Source of the DNA: the human T2T-CHM13v2.0 reference genome, Homo sapiens
Length of the DNA: 64,000 nucleotides
Assembly: GCF_009914755.1 (NCBI RefSeq)
Contig: NC_060928.1
Direction: 5' to 3' (one strand)
Each line of letters opens with the position of its first letter. Position 1 is the stretch's first letter. The position numbers and the translations under genes were made by a program. Shown in pieces: positions 40,320 through 56,373 of this stretch. The notes under the pieces are model-generated. The model saw only the letters and a program-made list of their open reading frames with translations. It had not been told where the DNA came from and ran no database searches.

Positions 40320-41907
40320 ACTATTCCTAAAATAGTCTTTGACACACAATTAATTCATAATCTTTTGGGGAAAAATGTTTAAAAGTTGATTTTAAAACAT
40401 TATAAACAGATTTTTCATTATAAAATAAAATAATGCCCAAAATTTAAAAGCTTATATAAAAAAAATTTGTGAGCTAATGAATTTTATAAGTAAAAATGTC
40501 ATCTATATTCCTTCCAGAGAAAATTAAGATTCTTTTTGTATATGATAATAGATTTTGCATGTAGATACACATACATAAATATTTTTGTAAAAATTTATGC
40601 TCATGTATTTTAGATTGTTTTCCATTACAAATAATTATGAAATTTGATCCATCAAATGTATAACTACATAAATATTTTGAATGACTTATGATTTAATTTT
40701 TCTAACATAACATATTAATTAACCAAGGTCCTTTAAAAAGAAGTTTCATATAATAATCAATGTTTATATGGTCACTCTTTGTGCATACCTTTTTATACTT
40801 TGGCTAATAATTTCTTTCATTAGTTCTTGGAAGAGAAAATACTAAAACTAAAATATTATCAAGATATTTTTAGAAATACAGTAGTTTTAAAACTATAGGT
40901 ATTGTATTAGAATATATTTTTTCATATCCTGAAGTATACAGAAATTTCACAATTTTAATTGATAATTAGATACAAATACTTCATTGAGATTTGCAATTTT
41001 CTCTGTAATAGAAATTAAAATGATCTTTGATGTTTTTCTTTTTAACTTGACACATCACTTATTTGATATATCACATATCTTATATTCTCATGATTAATCC
41101 GACCTTCCTTTTGCACTAGAAACCACTTTTGATTACTTTGTGTTGCTTTACAAAACATTTTTAAATATGGTAGGGCAAATTTCTATTACATTTTCAGTAT
41201 AACTACCTATTTCTCCTTTGAAAGTTACTTTACAAATATTGAAATTCTAGGAAATTATTTTTGAGATTATAATAAATTTATATATTTGCAGAGAATTGCC
41301 ATCTGCATAAAACTAAATCTTACTGAAAACTCTATATGCATCTCAAGTACTTTTTTATCAAAGGCATATTGAAGGAGAAATGAGAATAGAATTAATCTGT
41401 GGTGGTCCTTTGGCAAGGAGATAATAATTTGGGAGCAAGGTTTTTGGTACAAAAGACTTACTTTGACAGAGAAGATTAAAGAACATCATGATGTCAGCAG
41501 AGACTGTAAATACACAAGGCTCTTCCTTGTGCTATTTAGCAAATCTCTTTTTTGTGTATGTTCAAGGAAATAGGTAATGCAATTAAACATATTTCAGGAT
41601 TACTCTCTTAATGGCATGGCTTCATACAGACTTGGCAACTAAGGTAGGAATTCCCAAATGTATAGTTACAACAAGTACATTTAACTGAAAATCTAAAATG
41701 ATATTCCAGATTTTAACCTGTAATTCAAAGTTCTCAAATATCAGAACATGGGCCTGCATGTCTAGAAACAATTCATTCTAAGAAATCAGAGAGTAAACCA
41801 AATTTACCTGAAGGAAAACAGCCCAAGGTGAAAATAGGCAACAATTTCAACAGTAACATTATACATATCCAAACTGCCATTCATTAGTCATTAAAGAAAT
41901 GTAAATT

Positions 41908-44177
<2,270 letters not shown>

Positions 44178-44211
44178 AGAAATGTAAATTAAATTAAAAA
44201 CACAGGTTCCA

Positions 44212-44399
44212 GGCCGGGTGTGGTGGCTCATGCCTGTAATCCTAGCACTTTGGGAGGCCGAGGCAGGCGGATCACGAGGTCAGGAGATGGAGACCATCCT
44301 GGCTAGCATGGTGAAACCCCGTCTCTTCTAAAAATATAAAAAATTAGCCTGGCATGGTGGCGGCGGGTGCCTGTAGTCCCAGCTACTCGGGAGGCTGAG
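44212..44399 (+). mobile_element. AluY, 3'-truncated
   Basis: Y diagnostics ggatcacgaggtcaggagat..agaccatcctggcta; ends abruptly at gggaggctgag. Confidence 0.9.
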
Positions 44400-45197
44400 A
44401 CCACCTAGGAAAAAGCAGGGGGGATGTAAAAGCTTTGGGAATGATTTGTCTGTCCCAGTGGCACTTCATGAAATGAATCTTACTGTTTCATCATATCTCC
44501 TTTGCCATTTATGAGATGAAGAAATATAAGAATATAACACATTAATTTCTACTATATATTCCCATAAAAAAGCTCAAAAGCAGGACATTGAATTGGCCCA
44601 AAGAGCTCTACCCATAACATGAGCTCACATTAACTTCCCTACCTCAGTATGGACCTTCAGCAAACCCCAACAGTTGAATCCAAATGAAACCAGTCCCCAT
44701 AAGGGTGGATACGATAGTGTCTGCATTTCTGTAACCAGTGGAGTAATAAAAGTTTGAGTCTCTGCCCTCCTTCAAGTTCCCAGCATATTTAGACAGATGC
44801 CTATGTTCCTCAGTTCCCTTTGACACAGGCAGACCTCAGCTCCACTGCTAATGGCCTTTCGCCTTAAAGCAGCTGGATACAAGGTAGAAACACTGAAAAC
44901 AACCAGGGACCATCTTAGGAGAGAGGGACTTCATGCCAATAAGCAAGGTGCAAAGGTGCAATTACTTTCAGTTTTGAGAGGAAAAGCTCAAGAAAAATAA
45001 CTTCCTTTTTTTTTTTGGTCTACACTTTGTGCTATATTCTCATTGCTGAAACCATTAATTTATATTTCTGTTTCTTGAATTGGTTGATAATTGCTTTGTA
45101 AAAATTTATCAAATGTATTATTTTATTGTTTGTTGAACATCTCTATTAGCCAGAAAAGTTTACACACACACAAAAACCTGTTGATATTTATTAAGCT

Positions 45198-45615
45198 GTA
45201 CATCTTCCATTTGCCTCATTCTTCTGTGTGCTCTGTCTTCCTCTGTGTCCCAGAAGGCTGAACTGTAAAGGCTGAATCAGTGTATTCTTTATTCTCTAGC
45301 TTCTAGCTAAATTCAGTCAGAGATAAGCAGTGCTAGAAGATCCATAGAGAAGAAGAGAAATAAGAGAGTAAGATCAGTATGTTTAATACATAGCTCCCTC
45401 CGTGTAAGGTGGGCTGTGTCCATCACTGAAGATCAAATCTTCTGTTATGTGAGCCTTTCAATCTAATCCCTTTATCTTGTGGGTTTTAGCCCTGGATTAC
45501 TTCCCTACATCATGTGGTTTTCCTAAACTCTAGACAATTCTTTCTCAAGAGTTCTTTATAAAATCTCTCTTCAAACTATCCAATTTGGGAGTGTTATGTA
45601 GTTCCCGCTATGACA
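45198..45615 (+). mobile_element. Old ERVL-class LTR remnant (subfamily uncertain)
   Basis: ctctgtgtcccagaaggctga, tagctccctcc, and 3' tctcttcaaactatccaatttgggagtg pattern. Confidence 0.45.
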
Positions 45616-45624
45616 CAAAAATGC

Positions 45625-45810
45625 TTATACTCTTCCTATGGGCAAGGCATATTTTATTCATCTATATGCATGATTTTTAATAGCCACTGTAAAACTTTGA
45701 AGGAAGTATGTTTCATATTGGAGAAATTTTGGCCTAGAGAGGTTAAGTAATTTCTCCAAGGTGGAAGAGCTGGAACTCAATGTTAGAATTAACTCCATAG
45801 CCTGTTTTTC
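45625..45810 (-). mobile_element. MIR remnant
   Basis: ggcctagagaggttaagtaatttctccaaggt core. Confidence 0.6.
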
Positions 45811-46884
45811 CTACCTAGTAAGTGATAATAACAATGAAATTTTGTCCCTATCAGTAACAAAAACTATGTCATTACCATTATATTTTGACTTTTTAACTTT
45901 ATAATTACTCTGAAATACATTAATGATAAACTATAAAAAATAATTAATAAATATTCCAAATAAAACATAAAAAAATTGTTAAGCTTTACAAACCCTAGAC
46001 TATACTTGAGATCTTTGCCTTTTATACTCAGAAAACCCATAAAATTATATTCATTCTTAAATCAGAATAGTTTATCATCTGAAAAAAAGAACTTTAAATT
46101 TCATTTTCCTTATTTGCTGAAGCATCCAGCTGATTTACTATGATGTGAAACTTTAAGAGGCAAGTAGCATCATGGCAGAACTATGAAGTGTGGAAAATGG
46201 AATGCAAATGCTAAAATATTTAGCTTTAGATATAAATCACTTTGTATATAGCTGATCATACTGTTTTTGCTAAGCCCTTTTAAATATCATGTTTATATCC
46301 ACGTATTTTTATTTTAAGCATGCATACTTTCCGCAAGCAATAGTGTTTATACTGCTATCTAATTTCTGGTTATTATAGTTGTTTTGAATTCTGACACAAA
46401 ATACTGACCTCTGAAGCTCTTTTTTATTAAAGATGCCTTGAAACTTGTTTCTTCCTATTATATTAAATTAAGATTTTCCTTCTTCAAATATCACACTACT
46501 GTGTATGCCTGGCAGTAAAGATTTTATTCTATGCTCAAAGGATTCACAACTTCAAAAAAAAACAAAACCAAACAAACAAAACTGAGCATCAAATATGTGA
46601 AGCATAAGAAAGGAGAATTTAGTTCAGTTATTTAATGACTCTTTCCTGCCAACATAGGAAGCATTGAGGATCTCATAGGATTTGATTGTTCCATTTGTTC
46701 ATTCAATAATTTAATTTGCCTTCCTAAACTAGAATGGGAAAAACCGAGCAGCTAAACAATAATGATTTTTCTAGATACCAAGTCACACATAAAAATAAAT
46801 TGTTTCAAAATACAAATTTGATTATGTTACCTTAATTTTAAAAATGGGTTGCCTATGCCCTCAAGATAAAAATAAAAAATAATA

Positions 46885-47293
46885 TGATATAGTTTGGATA
46901 TGTGATCTCTAAATCTCAAGTTGAATTGTAATCCCCTGTGCTGGAGGTCCGCCTGGTGGGAGATGATTGCATCATGAAGGTGGATTTCTCGTGAATGATT
47001 TCGCACTATTCCCTTGGTGCTGTCTCCAGATAGTGAGTTCCTGTGAGAGCTGGTTGACTGAAAGCATGTAACACTTCCACCCTCAATCTCTCTCTAACTC
47101 CTTCTTTTGCCATGTAACGTGCCTGCTTCCACTTTGCCTTCCACCATGAGTAAAAGTACTTGAGATCTCCCCAGAATTAGATGGCGCCATGCTTCCTGAA
47201 TAGCTTGCAAAACTGAGCCAGTTAAACCTCTTCTCTTATAAATTACTCAGTCTCAGGTATTTCTTTATAGTAATGCAAGAATGGCCTAATACA
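46885..47293 (+). mobile_element. MSTA/B solo LTR
   Basis: tgatatagtttggata...aaatctcaagttgaattgtaatccc...aatggcctaataca. Confidence 0.9.
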
Positions 47294-47299
47294 CAGTTT

Positions 47300-47720
47300 T
47301 TCCAAAACAGATAATGACTGTGTCCTGGCCCCCCATTGTGTTCTTTCAGCTGCACTGTTTTGCAGTAATTCTTCCTGATTCAGGGTCTTTGCATCTATTT
47401 TTTCCTGCACTGGAATACTTTCTACCTGTTCAATTAAATTTTATGTTTTTCTGATTTCAACTTAAGCTTTCCCTTCCAATAACAGTTTAGATTACAATCT
47501 TTTGTTCTAAGTTCCCATGAAACTATGTTTCATATTTTTACAACACACATCTCAGTTTGTATTTATAGATTCATTGGTATAAAATTTTTGGTTTAATGTT
47601 AATTTCCCTATCTAGCATGTAAGCTCCTTGGGAAGGGGTACTATGTCCATTTTTCCCTAGCCTTTTAATCTCCGTATACACTAGACTGATCTTGCAAATA
47701 CCCTAAATGAGCTATGTTGA
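47300..47720 (+). mobile_element. L2 remnant
   Basis: cagggtctttgca..ctggaatactt and ctagcatgtaagctccttg motifs. Confidence 0.5.
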
Positions 47721-48199
47721 TGGTTCACAGTTCAAACTGAGAGAATTGGCTGATACCACATTCTTCACCTCAAACTCAGGTCTAAAAATCCCACTACCCT
47801 GAACCTTGACCTTGCTAATCAATTTTTTTTTTAAATAGAGAGGGTGATAGGAGAAGCTGCTCATAAGATAAATTAAAACCTTGATGTGCATTATTATTTC
47901 CTTACTCTGGGGTGTTATGAGAAATGCTCTAAAACAATATTTTTATACTTTTAAAATGCCAATATGCTCTGGGAATGATTCAGAGAACAAACACTTGAAG
48001 GGTAAGTAAAGAAGCATCCGCTATTTCTTAGTTGCAGGTTAAATACATGGAGTTCACAAGAGACTTCTGGGTCCAATATGAAAGAACAATTCCATAAGAA
48101 ATCTGATTTTCATTTTTATCTGTGCACCAAACACTACAACACTTACTGGGTGTAGGAAAGCAAATCAGAAAGACATGTTATATTACATAACATGTTATG

Positions 48200-48800
48200 T
48201 TACAGCAGGAACAGGAGAATACAGATGCAGTAGTTGATTTCTTATGAAAATGTATGGGGTCAGGAAAAGCTTTACAGGTGGTATGATATTTTGCGGATGA
48301 TTGGGAGATAGCCATGGGGATGGGGGTGGGGCCAATAGAAGTGTCAGTAAATGTATTCCAGGTAAAGCGATTAGTATATGTCTCATTTAAATCTGAGCCT
48401 GACAGATTAAAAGGCCTGGAAAAAGTCAAGTATGTCAGGAGCAAAAAGTGCAAGATAGAATGGCCTGAGCTGATGCTAGGAGAATTAGTACTGAAAGTCT
48501 CTTATAAGGGATTCTCTTAAGTTATGGTATGAGCTTGTATTATATTCCAAGGCCTATGAAAAAGCACTGATTCATTTTAAGCAAGAATGTAACATGATCA
48601 GTTCTTATTAAATATTTCACTCCAGCTGCTTTGTGAAGAATGGGTTAGAATGATCAAGATTGTTGCTGCTTCAGTACCTGTGAAAAGATGCTTATGTACT
48701 TCACAGAGATGGTGGCGATGAGGCCAGATGGGGATGAGCATGTGCAGCACATATTTTGGGAGTAGAAAAGACAAAACTTAGGGGCTTATTGGATGTTGAT
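48200..48800 (-). mobile_element. L2 remnant
   Basis: ttttaagcaagaatgtaacatgatcag...tcactccagctgctttgtgaagaatgg. Confidence 0.55.
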
Positions 48801-49028
48801 GAGTCTTTCTTAAACTTTTTTATAGCACAAACTGAGAAAGTTTAATTTCTGTATAGCAGCTACCCAAATATGGCTGGTGAGTAGTCAAAGGTATACAGTA
48901 TCATGCTACTGAATACCCTTCTTGGATGGTACTGGCAGGGGTAAGTTGTTGAAGAGAAAACTACTTTGTGGAAGAAGTATAGTTCTCTTTCCCTGCTTCA
49001 AGAAAAAGAGAGGTTTGGGAAAGTTATG

Positions 49029-49474
49029 TGATATAGTTTGGATGTATATCCCCGCCCAAATCTCATATTAAAATGTAATCTCCAATGTTGGAGGTGGGGT
49101 CCGGTGGGAGGTGATTGGATCAGGGTGGCAGATTTCTTATGAATGGTTTGGCATTCCTAAGAAATGAATGCCAGATGAAGGCATCCCCTGTGGTGCCGTC
49201 CCCAAGCGAGTCATTGAGTTCCCATGATATCTGGTTGTTTACAAGCATATGTAACACCTCCTCCCTCACTCTCTTGCTCTTACTTTTACCATGTGATGTA
49301 CTTGTTCCCCTTTTCCTTTCTGCCATGATTGGAAGCTTCCTTAGGCCTCCCTAGAAGCAGAAGCTGCTATGCTTCCTGTACAACCTGCAGAACCGTGACT
49401 CAATTAAACCTCTTTTCTTACAAATTACTCATTTCAGGTATTTTTTTAAAGCAATGTGAGAATGGACTAATACA
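49029..49474 (+). mobile_element. MSTA solo LTR
   Basis: tgatatagtttggatg...cccaaatctcat...gagaatggactaataca; TSD ttatg/ttttg. Confidence 0.9.
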
Positions 49475-50161
49475 TTTTGAATCATTATGAAAGTTTGTAG
49501 AACATCTAGATATAGCAAAAAATTATATGTACTTATTGTTATTGAGTCAGATAGTTACTATTTGAAAGACCGGTGAAAAAGGTAAACTTTCTAGCCAAAT
49601 TGACTCTTTGCTATTGAACTTCTTTCTCTCTAGTACTCTTTCTACTCTTGGTGACATTTGTAGTCGGTGATGTTATTTATTCTCTGAAATATTCATTGTG
49701 TTCAGCTAAAGCTGCTGCTTTTTGCCTTTGTTTGGGTTTTATCTTTGCACACTGTGTGCCCTATTTTCATTTTATTTATTGAAGATAAAGAAAAAAACTT
49801 ATATAACTTTACATTTCTTAACCTATCTGATGGTCAGTTTCTTTATATCTGGCTTTGAGATTGTTAACAAAATTATTTAAAATAATGTACTTCTGTCAAA
49901 TTCTTGACTGATAGACTAATTCTTGACAGCAAAGACTGCTGTTATTCACAAACAAAACACATGAATTCCAATGTAATATATAAGGTAAAATAATCAATGA
50001 AATAGTTTGAAGCTGGTGGAGGAGGCTTTGGTCCATAAGAATACACAGTGTCATTATTGCTTTTATATTTTACTCAAACTTTGTAAGAATAATATACTAT
50101 TTTCATCATTCTATAGTTGAAAAATCCAAGTCACGGATTATTAAGTAAATTGTCCACTGTC

Positions 50162-50490
50162 GGCCGGGCTTAGTGGCTCGCACCTTAATCCCAGCAGTTT
50201 GGGAGGCCGAGGTTGGCGATCACCTGACATCGGGAGTTTGAGGCCAGCCTGACCAAATGGAGAAACCCCGTCTCTACTAAAAATACAAAAAATTAGCCAG
50301 GCTTGATGGCGGGCACCTGTAATCCCAGCTACTCGGAAGACTGAGGCAGGAGAATGGCTTGAACCCATGAGGCGGAGGTTGCGGTGAGCGGAGATCACGC
50401 CATTGCACTCTAACCAGCCTGGGCAACAAGAGTGAAACTCTGTCTCAAAATAAATAAATAAATAAATAAATAATAAAATAAAACAAAATA
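50162..50490 (+). mobile_element. AluSp-like
   Basis: Diagnostics tcgggag and ctgacca..tggagaaaccc; (TAAA)n tail; TSD aaattg[t/c]ccactgtc. Confidence 0.93.
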
Positions 50491-50633
50491 AAATTGCCCA
50501 CTGTCAAAATGCTAGTAAATATAACATCACATAAACTCAGTCTGTCTGATTCCAGAGACTGAGTGGGCAATCACTTAACTAATTTATGTTTACTATATAT
50601 TGCAGTGTGTCAAAACACATTGCAAACATTCTT

Positions 50634-50929
50634 TTTTTTTTTTTTTCCTGAGATAGAGTCTCACTCTGTCACCCAGGCTGGAGTGCAGTGGTGTGATCCC
50701 GACTCGCTGAAACTTCCGCCTCCCGGCTTCAAGCGATTCTCCTGCCTCAGCCTCCTGAGTAGCTAGGATTACAGGCATGCACCACCACATCCAGCTAATT
50801 TTTGTATTTTTAGTAGAGAGGGGGTTTCACCATGTTGGCCAGGATGTTCTGGATCCCTTGGCCTCGTGATCCGCCCACCTTGGCCTCCCAAAGTGCTGGG
50901 ATTACAGACGTGAGCCACTGCTCCAGGCC
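50634..50929 (-). mobile_element. AluSc-like
   Basis: ggccaggatg...cctcgtgatccgccc; TSD gcaaacattctt (50622-50633; 50930-50941). Confidence 0.93.
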
Positions 50930-51899
50930 GCAAACATTCTTAAATATGAATGTGTAACCTGCTGAATTCAAGTCAATCACTGGGCAACTGCCATAGAGAA
51001 CCCCCGCTAATTGAAGATATTTGGTAGTATAACATGAACTGTGTGGCAAGAAGTATGTCAACCAATCATGTTTCCAAAATACCTTAGTTTATTTTTGTCA
51101 TTGTATTACACTTAAGTGCTACCTCTGATATCCATAGACAAGGTAACTCAGAAAATTAGTTATGTGGAAAATAATTAGAAACTTGGTTTAAAATAGTAAG
51201 AAGATGTAATTTGAGACATCAGAGAGCTACAAAAAAGCAATGTAAACTTATGAGGCAAGGACCAAAAGAAAGAAAAAAGCATAAGTGGATTCATCGTATA
51301 TTTGGAGTCACTTATATCATATGACCAAATGCATCTTCCTTACAGATGTGCCTAACTAATTGAGAAGTTGAGCAGAACCATTAGAAAGTTCATAGAACTA
51401 GGCAGGCAATTTGAAGTTCAGGACCACCTACAAAAAGCGTTTGGTAACCACCTTCTCCCACCACCTGCAATCCTGTAATCTGTGGCCCAGAAAGGCTAGA
51501 CAATAGCAGTAAGAATGAACTAGAAATTAATTGGCCTTTGCAAAGACTGAAGCCCTAATCGGATTAAAGTAATCTGGATTGTTACTGAGTCTAGCTTTCT
51601 ACAAAAGCAAAGTTAATCCTTTGAATATTAAGTAACAAGTAACACTAGTCTTGTATTTGCTATGCCCTATCTCCACCTATTGTATTAATTTCTGAACGTT
51701 TTAGTTCTGGAGTTTCCATTTGTTGTGTTTTTATATATTCTACTTATTTGTCAATGTTGTCAGGTTTGTTTTATATATCCATGAACACTTTAAATTTACA
51801 AAATATCTCAATTTTCTAGATTAACTTTGGGCCTGTTTCACTTCTCATTTGTCTCTTTTGTTTTGTGATTATATTTTCATGTTTCCTCATATGCTCTTT

Positions 51900-52460
51900 T
51901 TAATCCAACTCTGAAGAGTTTGGTAATATTTCATCCAAATGCTTTGTATAATTAATCAGCAAAACTATCTTTGCCTATAGGATTCTTTGTGGGAAGATTT
52001 TAAACTATAAGCTATTATTTGTTGAATGAGATTTGGTTACATGTGACTTTTAAGCAATGTGTTCATTTTATCTAAGATGCTGAATTTATTTGTATATATT
52101 ATTCATAATGTTATTTTATTTTCCTTTTAACATCTATAAAATCTGCAGCGCTGTTAACTCTTTCATTACTGACATTGGTGATTTTTGTCTTTCTTTTGTC
52201 TTGATGAATCTGGTTTGCAGTTTATCAAATGTATTGATCTTTTAAAATAATCAGCTTTTGATTTCATTGATTTTATCTTCTTATTGTGCTTTCTATTTTA
52301 TTTTACTCACATTTATTTCTTTCTGCTGCTTGCGTTTCATTTTAAACTTATTCTAAAAATCCAAGGTGAAAATTTAAGCCACTGGTTTTTGTTTCCCACT
52401 TAATCCTTAAGTGCTATAATTTCCCATCTAAGTACTAATTTAACTTCATTCCTTCACTAT
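51900..52460 (-). mobile_element. Ancient L1M ORF2 fragment
   Basis: tttatcaaatgtattgatcttttaaaataatcagcttttgatttcattgatttt (antisense ORF2). Confidence 0.65.
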
Positions 52461-55400
52461 AAGAAATGCAATGACTTTAATTTAAATAATAGGTCTTAAG
52501 AATCAAACTGGGAGGAAAATCTGTTGCCCACAGTTTTGTTTACACAGGCATTAAGGTAATAGCCCAACTCCTCTTGCTTTTCCAAATGTTGCCCTTGTCA
52601 TAATTACCTTGCTGGTTTTCCTTGACTTAATTATGATTTTCTAATTCACTTGATCTTGAAGTTTTTCAGTACTTTCTTGAGAAACACACACACATTCACA
52701 CACATACATAACACACAACTTATAGCTTGGACTCAGTTGGCGGTCATCACTTTGGGATAAGATCTGTTTTATCTACCCTTTTGCAGATATTATGGACTAA
52801 GGCAGGTTTGACCATGTGGAAGTCTTGTCCTTGGAAGAGCAGAGATCTCTATCACTTCATGGTCAGTCTACTTGGAAGACATACAAGTCAGGCTCTGGTG
52901 ATTCTTCCCAAATTTATCATTCAGTGAAAGAACTCCAACACTTTTTTGGTAGAATGAGTAAAAGGGTAAAGAGAGGCCAGCAGTTGCATATTATTGGGCT
53001 TGTTTAAACATCAAAAAGAAGCATCAAGAATGGTGAAAAATATTTTTTCAAGATTTCCCAGTTTTTTTCTTTTTCATTTTCTTAATTTACCTGTTGAGAT
53101 TGAACATTAAGCCTATGATTAGCCAGAGTTTTGGCTCTCTGTGGCATAGGAGGCAATTTGTTCTGCTCTCACATTCCTTAATCCACACTGCCAAAACCAG
53201 TAAGTTCTTCTGTATTTTAGTGGGATTCTGTCAATTCAATTAGAATTTGCCTGGAAAAAAACTCTCAAGTGCATCTGAATAGAATATTTATTCTATTAAT
53301 CAAAAAGTATTTCATTTCAAACCTGAAACATCATTTTCTTTTGTATTTTTCAACTCATGTTCTGCCACATAATGCAATCTGCTTATTGAAGGTTAAACAA
53401 TAATATTAAATGATATTATAACTTTTTTAACATCATATAATTGTTAAACAAAAAAAATCTAGGAAAATTGCATAATGACACATTAGTAACATAATAACAA
53501 CAGCTAAAAGATGCCACAAAATCCTAAGGTGAAATCAAAGCTTCAGAAGCAAATCTTTGCAAGTTAAAATCTCAGTATCAAAGAAAGTAAATTCTTAAAT
53601 CAAAACTTCTCCTTTATGAGTTACAAACATTGACCTCTCTTGCTACTATCTCCTTATTCCTCAGTTTCATTTGTAAAAGTTCTGAGTTTCAATCCCAATT
53701 TGAGCCTGGATTGCAATGAACTAGGACTTCTATGGGTGTCACTGTTCTTTCCAGATAGCTAGCTTTGCATGAACTAAATGTCAAATTTCGAATGGCTGGA
53801 TCTCTACTCTAAAGGCTCCAAATAAACATCAAAACATATGCAATATCAAAGCACTGAAAACCCGCAATAGCCAACTTTAAAAAATAGGTACATCTCAACC
53901 CTTAGAATTTCTATCCAGTAAAGTTCTATTTCAAGAACATCATAATGTTACCAAAGACTATTACAAAAACTCAAAGGTTACTAAGTGCTAATAGAAAATC
54001 TTCTGTGCTTAGCTTCACTGGAGTGTCAACACTTAATACTAGTTATGTAGAATTACAACTTTATATTTATTACAGTAAATACACAGGCATGTAAGGAAAA
54101 ATTCTAGAACAGTTTTTCTTAGTATGGTAAAAATTTTAATCACCATTTCACTTTTGAAGATCATTCTCTCTTGCACAGAGCACTAAATTCAGTACGAGAT
54201 CTGCTATGATGTTTCTCTCTTATATGTAAGTACCTAACAGAAACATCATGCACGGGAGAGGGAAGTGGTGGGTGGGTAGTTACTCGAGTCATGTTGACGA
54301 ACCACATGGATTCAAGGTTGTGTTATTCCCTCCACTATTCCCCAGTATGCTCTGATGGCTACTGAAATCAACATTTCAAAAAAAAAAGCACATAATTAGG
54401 GACACCCTAATAATACTACAATGTGGAGTGCCACCCCATATTTCAAGTTAGCACCTTATACCTCACATATCTGTGCTCTGTAGTAGTTATGATAGTTAGA
54501 TATATGATTTATCTACTTAAAGACTTTTCTGGCAGACCTAGCTGAGAAGAACAGCAATAGTAACAAATATTCACCCTGATAAAGTCCAAAACTTCCGGAC
54601 ACAATAAGTCTCTCTGTTTCCTCCATTTGAATCTTGTCCTTGATACCCCTCCTTACTGCGACCTTTTAACCTACGTATTTGTCAAGGGATGAAGCCTTGA
54701 AAGTTAAACATCAATCGGCATTACCCCATACAATTTGCATCACCCGATATGTGGCAAAGGACTAAAACATTTAAAGTCTTTACTCTGTGCAAGATTTTTT
54801 TTAACCCAGGCTCTATTGATTTCCCCAGTTTTTACTATTTGTTTATTTCTCATAGTTTGAAGGCTAATCATCTAGATGTTGGGGATTTTGATGTTAATCC
54901 CAATAAAAACTACAGCCTTCCTACTTTGCTCTAAGGGTCAGAGCATGCTGCTGTAAAATTTACTGCTTGGAGGAAAGCAGTGGAGATTCCACGCCTTTTC
55001 CTGATCAGCCTGCTTCCAAAGGAGGGAGAAAGTGCTGGCCCTTCAGGGAATCTGGCCCACGGTTGGCCAACCACAGTTGGGAAAGCCTACCTCTGAAGGA
55101 GGAATGTTTTATGAAGAAAAGAAATAGAGGAAACTGAACCCACTAAGGCTTTTTCCGCCTTAAGTTTACTTATCAGAGAAGTCAATTTCCTCTGTGTTGA
55201 GAAAGTGAAGACGCCATGAGATGCTAGAAATACTGTACCTGCTGAGCTTCCATAACATGTAAGGTCAACCAGGCAGAGATAAAATGTGTTCCCTCTAATA
55301 GTAGCAATGTTCTTTCAGTTGAAAGCTTTGGAAGCCAAGAACTACATCAGAAATCTTAAGTTACAGAAAAATAACTTACATAGATCTTCTCCTGAAATAT

Positions 55401-56373
55401 TAAAACTTGCAGAAACATTTAGTGGAAATAAGTGCCTGTACATGACCTGTACATGAACTTTAGTGCAAGATATTGGAATATCTTGGTCTACAACCCAATG
55501 GGCATCTCTTCTCATTTAAAATTATTTCCACTTCATCATGCTGACTTGTTTTATTTCAACAGAAGTTAGCTACTAGTGAGATTACAAAATGTCTAATTTG
55601 GTGGAGTGTTTTATTCTAAAGCGTGGTGTAGTCAAAGTGAACAGCATCCCCCAAATTATCCAACCCATTGTAAACTTTCAAATTGAGCCTATTTATACAA
55701 TAAAAAACTACCTTCAAGTATTTTTACAAATGAGTAAAACTAAACATCAACCAATTACCAAATGATGGAAATAAATAACATATAAGAAATATCAAACATA
55801 GCTTTAATAAAGAACTGGGAGGGAAGCTAGAGAAATTGAGCTATCACATTTTAATCTCTTATTTTAGTTGATCTATATTACCACAGAAAAATGTAGAATG
55901 TAAATATATTAAGATATAAATATTAAAAGGTTCAAGTTTTTAAATGTGTATTTATATAAATATTTTGTATAATTATGAGATTTTCTTTCTTCATAGAAAT
56001 AAGATGGCATTTCATGAAAATGATAAGCATTTTCAGGAAACTTCAAAATTGTCAGAAGGATTTTAAATAAGAACTTCATAAAAATTGTGGGGAAATCAGA
56101 AAAAAAACAAAATAAATGGGGAAAGACCCGCAAGCATAGTTTAGCAAATTATAAAATAAACAAAGATTTGAAACAGTCGGTTTGATATTGTCAGCCTGGT
56201 GAATTTGCCTCTTTCCTATATGCCTTTACCGAGCAACAGAATGAGGGACTGTGTGTTCCCTTCGAATCATTCTTCCAGAACAAAGCTGTACAGATTTCTG
56301 TCCCGCTAGCTGCCTTCCTCAACTTACATTCTTTGACGAAAGTAGCCCATGGTTTTAAAGTACCTTATGAAAC

